From a virus (lineage: Duplodnaviria > Caudoviricetes): 36,631 nt of DNA. Under the pieces are notes generated by a model. The model did not search any database and was not told where the DNA came from. It was given only the letters and a program-made list of their open reading frames with translations. The translations under genes and the position numbers were made by a program. Below, in pieces: positions 1 to 7,535 of this stretch (positions are counted from its first letter, which is position 1; each line of letters begins with the position of its first letter). Location: positions 1-36,631 of IMG/VR virus record IMGVR_UViG_3300030095_001747. The stretch is one strand, 5' to 3'.

Positions 1-184
1 GTTCGCCGTTTGGTTTCTTCATGGGGCCACGCATGCCGGCAAATCTGGCGGCAAAACTAACGCGGCGACCACTTGTTCCCGATTTCTGCGGAGATTTTAA
101 ATTGCTGCCCTCAGTGCGTTTAAAGAACTTACGACCAGCTTCGTTCAATCCGCCTTTTGGATTCTGGTATTTCTTAGCGACCAT
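1..184 (-). CDS. Partial second allele of the small basic protein at 36352-36624 (truncated by window edge)
   Basis: Translates MVAKKYQNPKGGLNEAGRKFFKRTEGSNLKSPQKSGTSGRRVSFAARFAGMRGPMKKPNGE. The start overlaps the upstream stop (TAATG). Confidence 0.85.
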   Translation of the reverse strand, partial: MVAKKYQNPKGGLNEAGRKFFKRTEGSNLKSPQKSGTSGRRVSFAARFAGMRGPMKKPNGE

Positions 185-191
185 TAGGCTT
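1..191 (+). repeat. Imperfect terminal direct repeat, left copy (matches 36441-36631)
   Basis: Ungapped manual alignment of 1-191 with 36441-36631 gives 26 mismatches (~86% identity). Confidence 0.95.
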
Positions 192-336
192 TGCTTTTGT
201 TTTTCTTACTATTTGGAAAGCCAGCTTGCATATTCTTGTATGCTTTTGACGAAATTGTAGACTCACTTTTTGGCCTGGACGAACCAGCTTTCTTGCGTTT
301 ATTTATGTTGTAATACAAACCCTTTTTCGCAGCCAT
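184..336 (-). CDS. Small Lys-rich hypothetical protein (50 aa, not in ORF track)
   Basis: MAAKKGLYYNINKRKKAGSSRPKSESTISSKAYKNMQAGFPNSKKNKSKA, with TAATG stop/start coupling at both ends. Confidence 0.8.
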   Translation of the reverse strand: MAAKKGLYYNINKRKKAGSSRPKSESTISSKAYKNMQAGFPNSKKNKSKA

Positions 337-524
337 TAGTACCCTCCGGTCATAAGTGTTTTACGTTTCATTTTTCTAGGCTTTCCGCCCTTTGCACGAC
401 CCTCGAACCGCTGCATCATGCGCTCCAATGGGTTAATATCCATTGCCATTGAGATGCCGGTCTTTCCTTGTGGCGATAAACGGCCCATCATACCGGCGAC
501 ATTCTTGGTTTTCTTTACTCTCAA
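336..524 (-). CDS. Small basic hypothetical protein (62 aa)
   Basis: ATGA overlap with the upstream gene and TAATG with the downstream gene; K/R/M-rich. Confidence 0.75.
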   Translation of the reverse strand: MRVKKTKNVAGMMGRLSPQGKTGISMAMDINPLERMMQRFEGRAKGGKPRKMKRKTLMTGGY

Positions 525-1090
525 TTAATTAAACCTTTAAGTTTGCGCCTATCGCGTGTTGGTGCATCCGTTAATAGGCCTTGTGACGATGTTAATATCG
601 TTCCTTTTTTGCCTTTTTTGCCAGTAGCCATTGCCTCATCTTCAAGATCACCGCTGCTCGATGGATCTTCTGCCACTGTTTTTGGTGCAACCGGTGGGTT
701 TAATTCTGTTTTTGTGCCGCTTGCAGCACCAGATCCGCCACCACTTCTGCCACTTGTTACTATCGATCCGGTACTTTTGTCCTCATATCCTCTTGTTTCT
801 CTAACCGATCGCCCGGTAGTTGGATCGGTACGCTCTCCGCCTGGATCACGCATATCAGCCATTGACTCCATAGCTGCTTTGTTTGCTGCCACACCCTCGG
901 CAAAATAATCTCTGTTTGGATCCGGTGATCGCCCTGGGCCTAGTAGAAAACTATCCACTCGTGTTGGCTCGTTAAACCGCATACTATCGGCCATACCTTG
1001 TATAGCTGCGCCGGTGTTTCGGCCAAAGTCTGTACCCTTGCCCTGGCTAACATTGCTAATCGCGTTAAAAAAATCTGTAAAAAATCCCAT
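521..1090 (-). CDS. Hypothetical protein, probably virion-associated (189 aa)
   Basis: RBS AGGAG. The C-terminal KKGKKGTILTSSQGLL segment resembles small genes found between terL and portal in this phage type (recalled, not searched). Confidence 0.75.
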   Translation of the reverse strand: MGFFTDFFNAISNVSQGKGTDFGRNTGAAIQGMADSMRFNEPTRVDSFLLGPGRSPDPNRDYFAEGVAANKAAMESMADMRDPGGERTDPTTGRSVRETRGYEDKSTGSIVTSGRSGGGSGAASGTKTELNPPVAPKTVAEDPSSSGDLEDEAMATGKKGKKGTILTSSQGLLTDAPTRDRRKLKGLIN

Positions 1091-1098
1091 GATATCTC

Positions 1099-2367
1099 CT
1101 ATAAAACGCGGTAATCATTCATCGCTGTTTGCTGCATTGGCGCAAATTGGCGCTTATCCTCGCGTAATCCTATAGCGCTGTAGCGAAAAGCATCCGCTGA
1201 GTGCGATGACCAATCGTGTTTTATCGTTGTAGAAAAAGATCGTGTGCGCTCGTTATACACACGATGATACTGTCGTAATGCCTCAAGGCCATGCTTGCAG
1301 TTATCCCGGTCAAACCAGGAGCGCTCGATAAGCAGCTGCGCTGCGTGTATCCCATCATCAATAGGGAGTTTTGGCACAACCCTAAAATTTAATCCTAGAT
1401 CCCAGGCTATCTCACGTCTGCTCTTACCGGATCCTAACTCTCTTACTTCTATGTCGTGCGGTGCGTAATGGGTATCATAAAGATACTCACGCTCTTGCAG
1501 CACCCGGGCATAATGCGGTAATCCCTCGCCTCTTGCCTCATAATAATCGATGTAATGTACGGCCCGGCCTACTACTTGGACAAACCAAATCGCTGTCGAA
1601 TCCCCGACTCCCAGGTCAAAAAAAGTGTCCACACGTACTGAACTATCATACGGCACTTTCGATATCCGCCCATCTTGAAAAGCCTTTTGTAGCTCTTTTC
1701 CAAAGATAGATCCGGGTACATTGGCGACCCAGGAACATTCATACTCCTGGTTATACTGGTCTTCGGACATGCCGATCCGCGCTGATTCAAGCTCGGTGGG
1801 CGGTAATATCCCGGTTTCACTCGCTGGGTACGTGGCAGCGAACCAATCCTTTGATGCGGTGGCCGCCTCGTAGAGTTCGAAAAACGCATTGTGTCCTCTT
1901 GGTGTACCAATAAATAACGCTTTACCCTCACGATCCGATAAGGCTGGTCGTATAACTTCCGGAAATAAGTTCTCCGGCATATCCGCCATTTCGTCCAAAC
2001 ACGCCATATCAAGATAGATACCACGTAAGGACGCTGGATTTTCGGATCCTAACAGCTGTATTCTCGCACCATTTGGCAGATCGCAGCGCAGTTCCGTTTC
2101 GTGAAAACGCGCCATCGGTATATTAACCGCGAATTGTTTGAGATAATCCCAGGCTACTTGTTTGGCCTGGCGATAGGTTGGTGCTATATAGGCATATCGT
2201 GGGTTTGGTTTGGTGCATAAGATAGCCTCACGCAACAAATGATTAATCGCCATCACTGTCTTGCCGGCTCTCCGGTGCATCACCACTACCGCCCATCGAT
2301 GATTGTCTAGCTGATCGTGTAGTTCCTTTTGCACTTTGCGCGGTGCGTATGGGATTTTTATGTCCAT
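1099..2367 (-). CDS. terL: Terminase large subunit
   Basis: Walker A HRRAGKT, Walker B ACLDEMA, coupling motif IGTP, RNase H-fold nuclease motifs DLGVGDST and HSADAFRY. Confidence 0.95.
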   Translation of the reverse strand: MDIKIPYAPRKVQKELHDQLDNHRWAVVVMHRRAGKTVMAINHLLREAILCTKPNPRYAYIAPTYRQAKQVAWDYLKQFAVNIPMARFHETELRCDLPNGARIQLLGSENPASLRGIYLDMACLDEMADMPENLFPEVIRPALSDREGKALFIGTPRGHNAFFELYEAATASKDWFAATYPASETGILPPTELESARIGMSEDQYNQEYECSWVANVPGSIFGKELQKAFQDGRISKVPYDSSVRVDTFFDLGVGDSTAIWFVQVVGRAVHYIDYYEARGEGLPHYARVLQEREYLYDTHYAPHDIEVRELGSGKSRREIAWDLGLNFRVVPKLPIDDGIHAAQLLIERSWFDRDNCKHGLEALRQYHRVYNERTRSFSTTIKHDWSSHSADAFRYSAIGLREDKRQFAPMQQTAMNDYRVL

Positions 2368-2463
2368 GTTTAAACTCTCGCCGCATCTGCCGCAGCATGT
2401 AATCTCTATGCAGCCGCTTTCTATCTTGGTTCCTTGAGAACCACGTCGCGCATTGCTGCAATA

Positions 2464-2646
2464 TTATTTTTTCAGCAAAGGCATCATCCATCCGGGTAAA
2501 CGTTTGCCGGAGTCATATTTTCCGTCAGCAACTTGATTAATTAATTTAATAGCTTTTGCCGCCTCTGCTTTTGATAACTTTGGTGAACCACCCGTTTTAG
2601 ACGGCCTTGCCATGCCGCCGGTCATCATTGATTTTCTTCCAGCCAT
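2464..2646 (-). CDS. Small basic hypothetical protein (60 aa)
   Basis: Strong RBS AGGAGG 5 nt before ATG; in the late-operon orientation. Confidence 0.7.
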   Translation of the reverse strand: MAGRKSMMTGGMARPSKTGGSPKLSKAEAAKAIKLINQVADGKYDSGKRLPGWMMPLLKK

Positions 2647-2655
2647 GATATCCTC

Positions 2656-2790
2656 CTATGCTTTTTTCTTCATTTTTGATGATGCAATCTTTTTCTGTAG
2701 ATCCTTAGGTAGGGTCTTCTGTCCAGCAGTTAAGATCGATTTCTTCTTCGTTGACATTGCACCCTTTGATTTTCCGTAATGTCCGGGCAT
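2656..2790 (-). CDS. Small Lys-rich hypothetical protein (44 aa, not in ORF track)
   Basis: RBS GAGGAGG; MPGHYGKSKGAMSTKKKSILTAGQKTLPKDLQKKIASSKMKKKA. Overlaps the tail of the DUF3310 ORF. Confidence 0.75.
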   Translation of the reverse strand: MPGHYGKSKGAMSTKKKSILTAGQKTLPKDLQKKIASSKMKKKA

Positions 2791-3007
2791 TTCTGTCCTC
2801 CTCATGTTTTATCAATGCGTTTAAATACCACTCCGCTTTCCGGAGATCCTCGACACCATTTTTATGCTTATAGCGCCATAAATACTGCACGATGGTTCCC
2901 TGGCAAAACGCGCCAAAGTTCTCACCCAACATCGAGCGCAGCGCATCTATACACTCTATCTCGCCATCGGTGTAATGCGACGGCCTGTTTACGTTATCAT
3001 TCTTCAT
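2705..3007 (-). CDS. DUF3310 family protein (T7 gp1.7-like nucleotide kinase domain)
   Basis: Signature NRPSHYT..IECIDA...YLWRYKHKNG.EDL.KA.WYL. Confidence 0.85.
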   Translation of the reverse strand: MKNDNVNRPSHYTDGEIECIDALRSMLGENFGAFCQGTIVQYLWRYKHKNGVEDLRKAEWYLNALIKHEEDRNARTLRKIKGCNVNEEEIDLNCWTEDPT

Positions 3008-3167
3008 CTTTGTTCTTTAAAAACGGCTTGCAATACGCGCTGTATGGACTGCCAGGCTTATTGATAAGCGACATATTCCAGCTGCAATCTTGATAGTTGC
3101 CGATCTCGGCCTCTTCCATGATTTCCGATCCTTTAAGAATAACCAGGACAAAAACTAGGGTTTTCAT
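2997..3167 (-). CDS. Small hypothetical protein with hydrophobic N-terminus and two Cys
   Basis: Probable start at MKTLVFVLVIL, which overlaps the MTase stop (ATGA). The track ORF starts at 3227. Confidence 0.55.
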   Translation of the reverse strand: MKTLVFVLVILKGSEIMEEAEIGNYQDCSWNMSLINKPGSPYSAYCKPFLKNKDEE

Positions 3168-3700
3168 TGGCGGCCTATAAATTCTGTTTCTTTTGTCTGC
3201 ATATACTTGGTGAAATAATACCAGCACACATTATCTTTACCGGTATGCTTACTATCCGGGATCCACTTGACACGACCCACAGACACTATCAACCGGCAAT
3301 AGGTTATTAACTCCGCTGCTTGCTTTGTATGTATCCAATCCGCATCAAATAAAAGCCACGTAGGTTTCAGCGACATGAAATACTCAATCATCGGATGAAG
3401 TAAATCACGCCGCCAGGGAGGATTAGTAATTATCGCATCCGCCTCTAAGATCTTCATCTCGTCGAGTTCCAATGCATCTTGTTCTACGATATCAATACGT
3501 CCTGGCTGTATATCGCTCTTATAGCAGCATCTAAGGCCGGCTAGCTCCAACGTATCCACTAACTGTCCATCGCCAGCACACGGCTCGCAAAACAGCTGTA
3601 CATTCGCTTTATGTAAATGTGGTAGCAACGGATCAACCGCTGCTGGAGGTGTTGGATAGAAATCTCTCGGTATCCGGTCAAATTCACTTCGTTTACCCAT
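3164..3700 (-). CDS. Small phage amino-(N6-adenine-type) DNA methyltransferase
   Basis: DFYPTP, SAM-binding EPCAGDG and catalytic ITNPPW motifs; RBS GAGGA. Confidence 0.85.
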   Translation of the reverse strand: MGKRSEFDRIPRDFYPTPPAAVDPLLPHLHKANVQLFCEPCAGDGQLVDTLELAGLRCCYKSDIQPGRIDIVEQDALELDEMKILEADAIITNPPWRRDLLHPMIEYFMSLKPTWLLFDADWIHTKQAAELITYCRLIVSVGRVKWIPDSKHTGKDNVCWYYFTKYMQTKETEFIGRQ

Positions 3701-3861
3701 GGTGTCCTCATTGTGAATGTGTGTGTCCGGATAGGGTTATATATGTATATGCAGCGCGTGGTGCGGTCGCCGGGGGTAGGGTCAGGCGGTATATGTGCAG
3801 AAATAGCAGCGTAACAGCCACCATCCCCCACGCTTTCCAATAAAATAACTACGATCGCAGC

Positions 3862-3883
3862 TTGTTATCCAAATGTTATCCAA
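3862..3883 (-). repeat. Inverted ectopic copy of the attP tandem arm repeat (TTGGATAACATTTGGATAACAA)
   Basis: Exact 22-bp reverse complement of 14003-14024. Confidence 0.9.
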
Positions 3884-3938
3884 TCGTTGCTGACTCGCGC
3901 GTGTGATTAAACGCAGTGTCAGTATGGCCTAACGGAAA

Positions 3939-4355
3939 TCAACCAGCTTTAATATCAACATCGCCTTTCTCCCAGGATAACGTAATCGTACCGCTCATCC
4001 CTGGTGCTGCCATATCCTCAGACTTATTCCGTATGCCTTTCGGTTGCAGCTGTGTGTGCCGTTTCTGCAATGTATCTACCTTTAAGCGTCGCATCTGAAC
4101 TTCTGCCATCATATGCTTTGGATCCACCGGTAAAGGTCTGTTAAGCACCTCGTCGATCTCCTCCTGGATGCGTTCACCCTGGATAGCTTTTGCTTTGGTA
4201 TACATCTCATGCGCGTCGTCATTCTTCTGAATGTATCGATACACTGTATCATCGCTTGGAAATCCATCGATCTTTGCAATCTCACGCATTGATTTGCCGT
4301 TGAGTAAATGATCGCAGATCTTTTCCATTAATTCTATGTTCATAAGCCGTGACAT
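3939..4355 (-). CDS. terS: Terminase small subunit (HTH)
   Basis: N-terminal HTH (ICDHLLNGKSMREIAK..GFPS..TVYRY) followed by a helical oligomerisation region; lies upstream of terL. Start chosen at the ATG after AGGTGGA. Confidence 0.8.
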   Translation of the reverse strand: MSRLMNIELMEKICDHLLNGKSMREIAKIDGFPSDDTVYRYIQKNDDAHEMYTKAKAIQGERIQEEIDEVLNRPLPVDPKHMMAEVQMRRLKVDTLQKRHTQLQPKGIRNKSEDMAAPGMSGTITLSWEKGDVDIKAG

Positions 4356-4371
4356 TGATCCACCTAAATGA

Positions 4372-4405
4372 CCAGGCATAAACCGGTGGAGCGGCTTATA
4401 CCTGG
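4372..4405 (-). promoter_or_regulatory. 14-bp RNA hairpin in the terS 5' leader
   Basis: CCAGGUAUAAGCCG-CUCCAC-CGGUUUAUGCCUGG; two G-U pairs make it perfect only on the minus (mRNA) strand. Confidence 0.55.
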
Positions 4406-4546
4406 CAAAGTAAAGGAAGTTGATATGATTAATCTAATCCCCTAGATCTATTGTTTTGGCAAACATATGACACAATATCAGCAGTAATATCGCAAGATCT
4501 TGGCAATTATAACGCAAAGCGTACTATATTTCGTGCCTTCGTGCAA

Positions 4547-5011
4547 TCACTTTGTAATAACTTTTTGCGTCAATCTTTCCGGTTGCAGCTGCATGCGATA
4601 CGCAAGTCTGACAATTGCGTCCAGGTAATTTGCTTTGACGCGCTTTGCTGAGATCCGATCCTTGCTAACCTTGCTCAGCTTTTCCCAGGCTGGGCCACGT
4701 TCTCGAATGTATCCGTTCTTTAATACAGCAGAATAATTCACGGCCCATATCAACCGGCGCTGCTCTGTATCGCAATAGGCAAGGGAGATATCGAGTGCTA
4801 AGAAATAGTCGTCAATATCTCGTGGTGAGGCTTTTGGTGCTTTTGGTGTGAACGCTACAGAATTGTACGCATGCCAGGATTGTTCGTACTCGGGCCAGCT
4901 GGCAAGTTTCCGTTTGACAATCGCCGGAGGCAGTCTGCGCTCCGTTGCTGCGGCTTGCAAAAAGAGCGACTCAAGCCAGGTTACGTCGTATGGAATCTCC
5001 TTATGCAACAT
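4547..5011 (-). CDS. DUF6362-like protein, possible late-gene regulator
   Basis: AA.TERRLP...WP motif. Its position just before the packaging operon matches the Q/late-activator slot (inference). Confidence 0.6.
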   Translation of the reverse strand: MLHKEIPYDVTWLESLFLQAAATERRLPPAIVKRKLASWPEYEQSWHAYNSVAFTPKAPKASPRDIDDYFLALDISLAYCDTEQRRLIWAVNYSAVLKNGYIRERGPAWEKLSKVSKDRISAKRVKANYLDAIVRLAYRMQLQPERLTQKVITK

Positions 5012-5019
5012 ACGTGTAA

Positions 5020-5097
5020 TTACACTGTAATATATACGTAATTATAACGTGTAGTTGCTCGGGCGGTGTAATTACCGAGGGTATCAATAATTTTCAT
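5020..5097 (-). CDS. 25-aa small ORF (not in track)
   Basis: RBS AAGGAG then MKIIDTLGNYTARATTRYNYVYITV. Overlaps GTAATTAC palindromic repeats. Confidence 0.4.
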   Translation of the reverse strand: MKIIDTLGNYTARATTRYNYVYITV

Positions 5098-5114
5098 TTC
5101 GTCAACTCCTTTTT

Positions 5115-5948
5115 TTATCCAACACAATCGCCGTCATCCGCCTGGCAAAAATAACCTTGCTGATCGAACACCCAATCGCTTTGTTTGCTTGCATAATTTT
5201 TAAGATTAGTTAGCGGCCGGTCTTTATTAAAAAAGCCATAATCACCCCGGCTAGCGTATTCTTGTTCCTTGTTTTCCCACCATGCGTATCGTTGCGGATG
5301 TTCTCTTAACAGCATGACTTGATGTGCCTCTGACTTTAGAAAACATCCATCACAATTTCCGTACATTGTCTTTCCGTTAATAACCGGCAGCTGTAATGAA
5401 AAATCTTGTTGTGACCAAAAGGCATCAATCGTTTTTTTTGTAACCTTTGCCGGAACGAGCGGCCTCCAGGGAGTTATAATATTATCTATTTTTTTGTCTT
5501 TAAGTCTATGTGGTTCGTCGGCTCTTATACCAACAGCGTTGTGCCATTTTTTCCAGCCGAGGCTTTTTAGATATCGTTTGCTGGTGTTGATCTTGAGTTC
5601 TACTGTGCAAAACCGAATAAGAGCGTGTGGCAATATGCGCTTGTGCTTTATCAGCTGGTCAAATGGTTCTCCGTTACGACTAGCGCTATTGTGGTTTACT
5701 ACTTGTACTCCTGGCTTTTCCTTGTAGAAATACTCCAGCCACGTAATCGGTACATTCCATTTTTCTGCACACTTTTGCACAAAATCATACGTCTGCGGCA
5801 TCTCTCTGCCGGTGTTTTGAAACAATACCTTTGCTCTTTCTGGTATGCCGTTGTTTGCCTGGATGATTTCATGCAATAAATATGCAGACGTGCGGCCACC
5901 AGAAAAAGATATACTTACATTTCCATCCGGCAGCACATAAGAATTCAT
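5115..5948 (-). CDS. PAPS reductase / PP-loop family protein, putative DNA-modification enzyme
   Basis: PP-loop SFSGGRTS, NTGRE, RFCT.ELKI, GIRADE and Cys cluster GNCDGCF. Confidence 0.85.
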   Translation of the reverse strand: MNSYVLPDGNVSISFSGGRTSAYLLHEIIQANNGIPERAKVLFQNTGREMPQTYDFVQKCAEKWNVPITWLEYFYKEKPGVQVVNHNSASRNGEPFDQLIKHKRILPHALIRFCTVELKINTSKRYLKSLGWKKWHNAVGIRADEPHRLKDKKIDNIITPWRPLVPAKVTKKTIDAFWSQQDFSLQLPVINGKTMYGNCDGCFLKSEAHQVMLLREHPQRYAWWENKEQEYASRGDYGFFNKDRPLTNLKNYASKQSDWVFDQQGYFCQADDGDCVG

Positions 5949-6904
5949 CTCGTCAACTCCTCTTTAATTGTCATTCCAATCAGCATTGCGATCTGCGGTA
6001 CAATAGCATTGCCTAATCCTTTTAATCTTTTTGTTCTGTTGGCTTGTTCAGCTGTGACTCTTGGGATGTTAGGTTCGTCCATCCAGGAGGGTATCCCATC
6101 AACCACTCGACCCAATCCGCCGATAAAGTTGCTTTTGTCTGCGTATTCTCTTTTATCATCACGTAGTTTGGCAGCTGCCCCATATGCGCCCTTTTGCCTT
6201 GTTCTATCTTCTCCTTTGTTCTCTCGAATGAGTTTGCTCCCTTGAAATCTCGCGCTGCTGGAGTCGGATACATTTCCAGATAATTTACTGCATCCTTCAG
6301 CTTCACTCCCCATCGGACTCCCTCCTTGTTTACTCTTGAAAACGATCCGTTCTTTAGTTCCACGTTCTTCACTATCCCACCCTCCGTGTCCGATACTCTT
6401 GGACTTGGAAATAATCCAGAGTCTGTTTCTTTGATGGGGTAATCCGACGATCGCTGCGCTTGGAAATACAAACGTCCTTGCGGCGTAGTCTTTGGCTTCC
6501 AGGTCATGTAATACCTCATCCAATCCAAGGGAAACATGCCCATAAACGTTTTCGAAAACGACAACATCGGGTCGCGTGGATGACACAATTCTACTGATTT
6601 CCGGATAGATGTGGCGAGAATCCTCTTTTCCGCCCCTCCTACCGGCTTGCGAAAAGGGCTGACACGGATAACCGGCTGTGAGGATAAAGGGTCTTGGGAT
6701 ATCTCCGGGAATAAATCTTGCTGGATCACTTGCTATTTCCTTAACATCGTCGGCAATCGGTACACCCGGAAAGTTTTTTCTGAGAATATCACGACACCAA
6801 GGCTCAAAATCACATAGCAAATAAGGGTTTTCAGATAAACCGGCCCATCGAAATCCGAGGCTAAAGCCACCAATACCGGAGCAAAGATCAACGTGAGAAA
6901 CCAT
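5945..6904 (-). CDS. C5-cytosine DNA methyltransferase, alpha polypeptide (motifs I-VIII and X)
   Basis: Motifs I DLCSGIGGF, IV GYPCQPFS, VI FENV, VIII PHQRNRLWI and X RLKGLGNAIVP. Motif IX is absent from this frame. Confidence 0.9.
   Translation of the reverse strand: MVSHVDLCSGIGGFSLGFRWAGLSENPYLLCDFEPWCRDILRKNFPGVPIADDVKEIASDPARFIPGDIPRPFILTAGYPCQPFSQAGRRGGKEDSRHIYPEISRIVSSTRPDVVVFENVYGHVSLGLDEVLHDLEAKDYAARTFVFPSAAIVGLPHQRNRLWIISKSKSIGHGGWDSEERGTKERIVFKSKQGGSPMGSEAEGCSKLSGNVSDSSSARFQGSKLIRENKGEDRTRQKGAYGAAAKLRDDKREYADKSNFIGGLGRVVDGIPSWMDEPNIPRVTAEQANRTKRLKGLGNAIVPQIAMLIGMTIKEELTR
6022..6729 (-). CDS. C5-MTase beta polypeptide (TRD and motif IX), nested in an alternative frame
   Basis: GTG start with AAGGA upstream. 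Carries FPSPRVSD and YPTPAARDFKG repeats plus motif IX-like LSADWVEWLMGYPPGWT. Confidence 0.75.
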   Translation of the reverse strand: MIQQDLFPEISQDPLSSQPVIRVSPFRKPVGGAEKRILATSIRKSVELCHPRDPMLSFSKTFMGMFPLDWMRYYMTWKPKTTPQGRLYFQAQRSSDYPIKETDSGLFPSPRVSDTEGGIVKNVELKNGSFSRVNKEGVRWGVKLKDAVNYLEMYPTPAARDFKGANSFERTKEKIEQGKRAHMGQLPNYVMIKENTQTKATLSADWVEWLMGYPPGWTNLTSQESQLNKPTEQKD

Positions 6905-6997
6905 ATACTCTCAGCCATAACCTATACCAAAATCCGCCGTTTCTTCTCGCCAGCAAACGACCAAATCTACCGGTAAAATGCTTATCGATATTACTTG

Positions 6998-7186
6998 TCA
7001 TATCTTGTTAAAGCTTTCGTATTCTACGCGGATAATATCGTCAGCAATAGTATCGACGACATGTTTCTCCGTATAACAATTTCTAGAATACTTCGGCGGT
7101 ATGTCATGCAGCTGCGCAATTTGCAGCAGCGTGTATCCCTGGCCTATCCTATAATTAATGTAGTCTTTCGCTATTTCACGATCCAT
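6998..7186 (-). CDS. Small hypothetical protein (62 aa, possible HTH)
   Basis: RBS AAGGAG; fits the operon after the VRR-NUC gene. Confidence 0.6.
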   Translation of the reverse strand: MDREIAKDYINYRIGQGYTLLQIAQLHDIPPKYSRNCYTEKHVVDTIADDIIRVEYESFNKI

Positions 7187-7535
7187 AATTTTTTATCTCC
7201 TTTGTTTTTGTTGTGGTGTTGAGTAATGCCTTTACATCCTCGAGTGTCTTGCAAACCGCTGTGACACAACCAGCTGACGACAAGGCTTGCAGTGTTTTAT
7301 TTTGTGCTGCCGTTATTGTGTTGCGGCCTACTTTTAGTTCGATAAAGATTGGCGGTGTTCCTGGACAAAAGATTTCAAGATCCGGCCAGCCGGTACACAT
7401 GCCAGCTTTACGCAGCTTGACACGATGCGCGACATGGCTTTTGCCCTCGTTTGGTGAGTGATGAAAGATAGATCCGTCCGGTAAAGCAACACGCAGATAA
7501 TCCGCAACCAGGTTTTGCAGCTGCGCTTCTTTCAT
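7176..7535 (-). CDS. VRR-NUC domain nuclease (putative junction resolvase)
   Basis: E..LQ, GWPDL, FIELK and Q motifs of the VRR-NUC PD-(D/E)XK family. Confidence 0.85.
   Translation of the reverse strand: MKEAQLQNLVADYLRVALPDGSIFHHSPNEGKSHVAHRVKLRKAGMCTGWPDLEIFCPGTPPIFIELKVGRNTITAAQNKTLQALSSAGCVTAVCKTLEDVKALLNTTTKTKEIKNYGS

Noticed and set aside
1-191. T7-type fixed direct terminal repeat
   Set aside because: The copies differ by ~14% and lie inside a coding gene.
2243-2491. 82-aa ORF overlapping the terL start
   Set aside because: Weak RBS and a long overlap with terL; it could be real but cannot be supported from sequence alone.
7176-7535. VRR-NUC as the intron's free-standing homing endonuclease
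   Set aside because: Stand-alone phage VRR-NUC proteins are structure-specific nucleases, and this gene lies far from the intron in the early operon.
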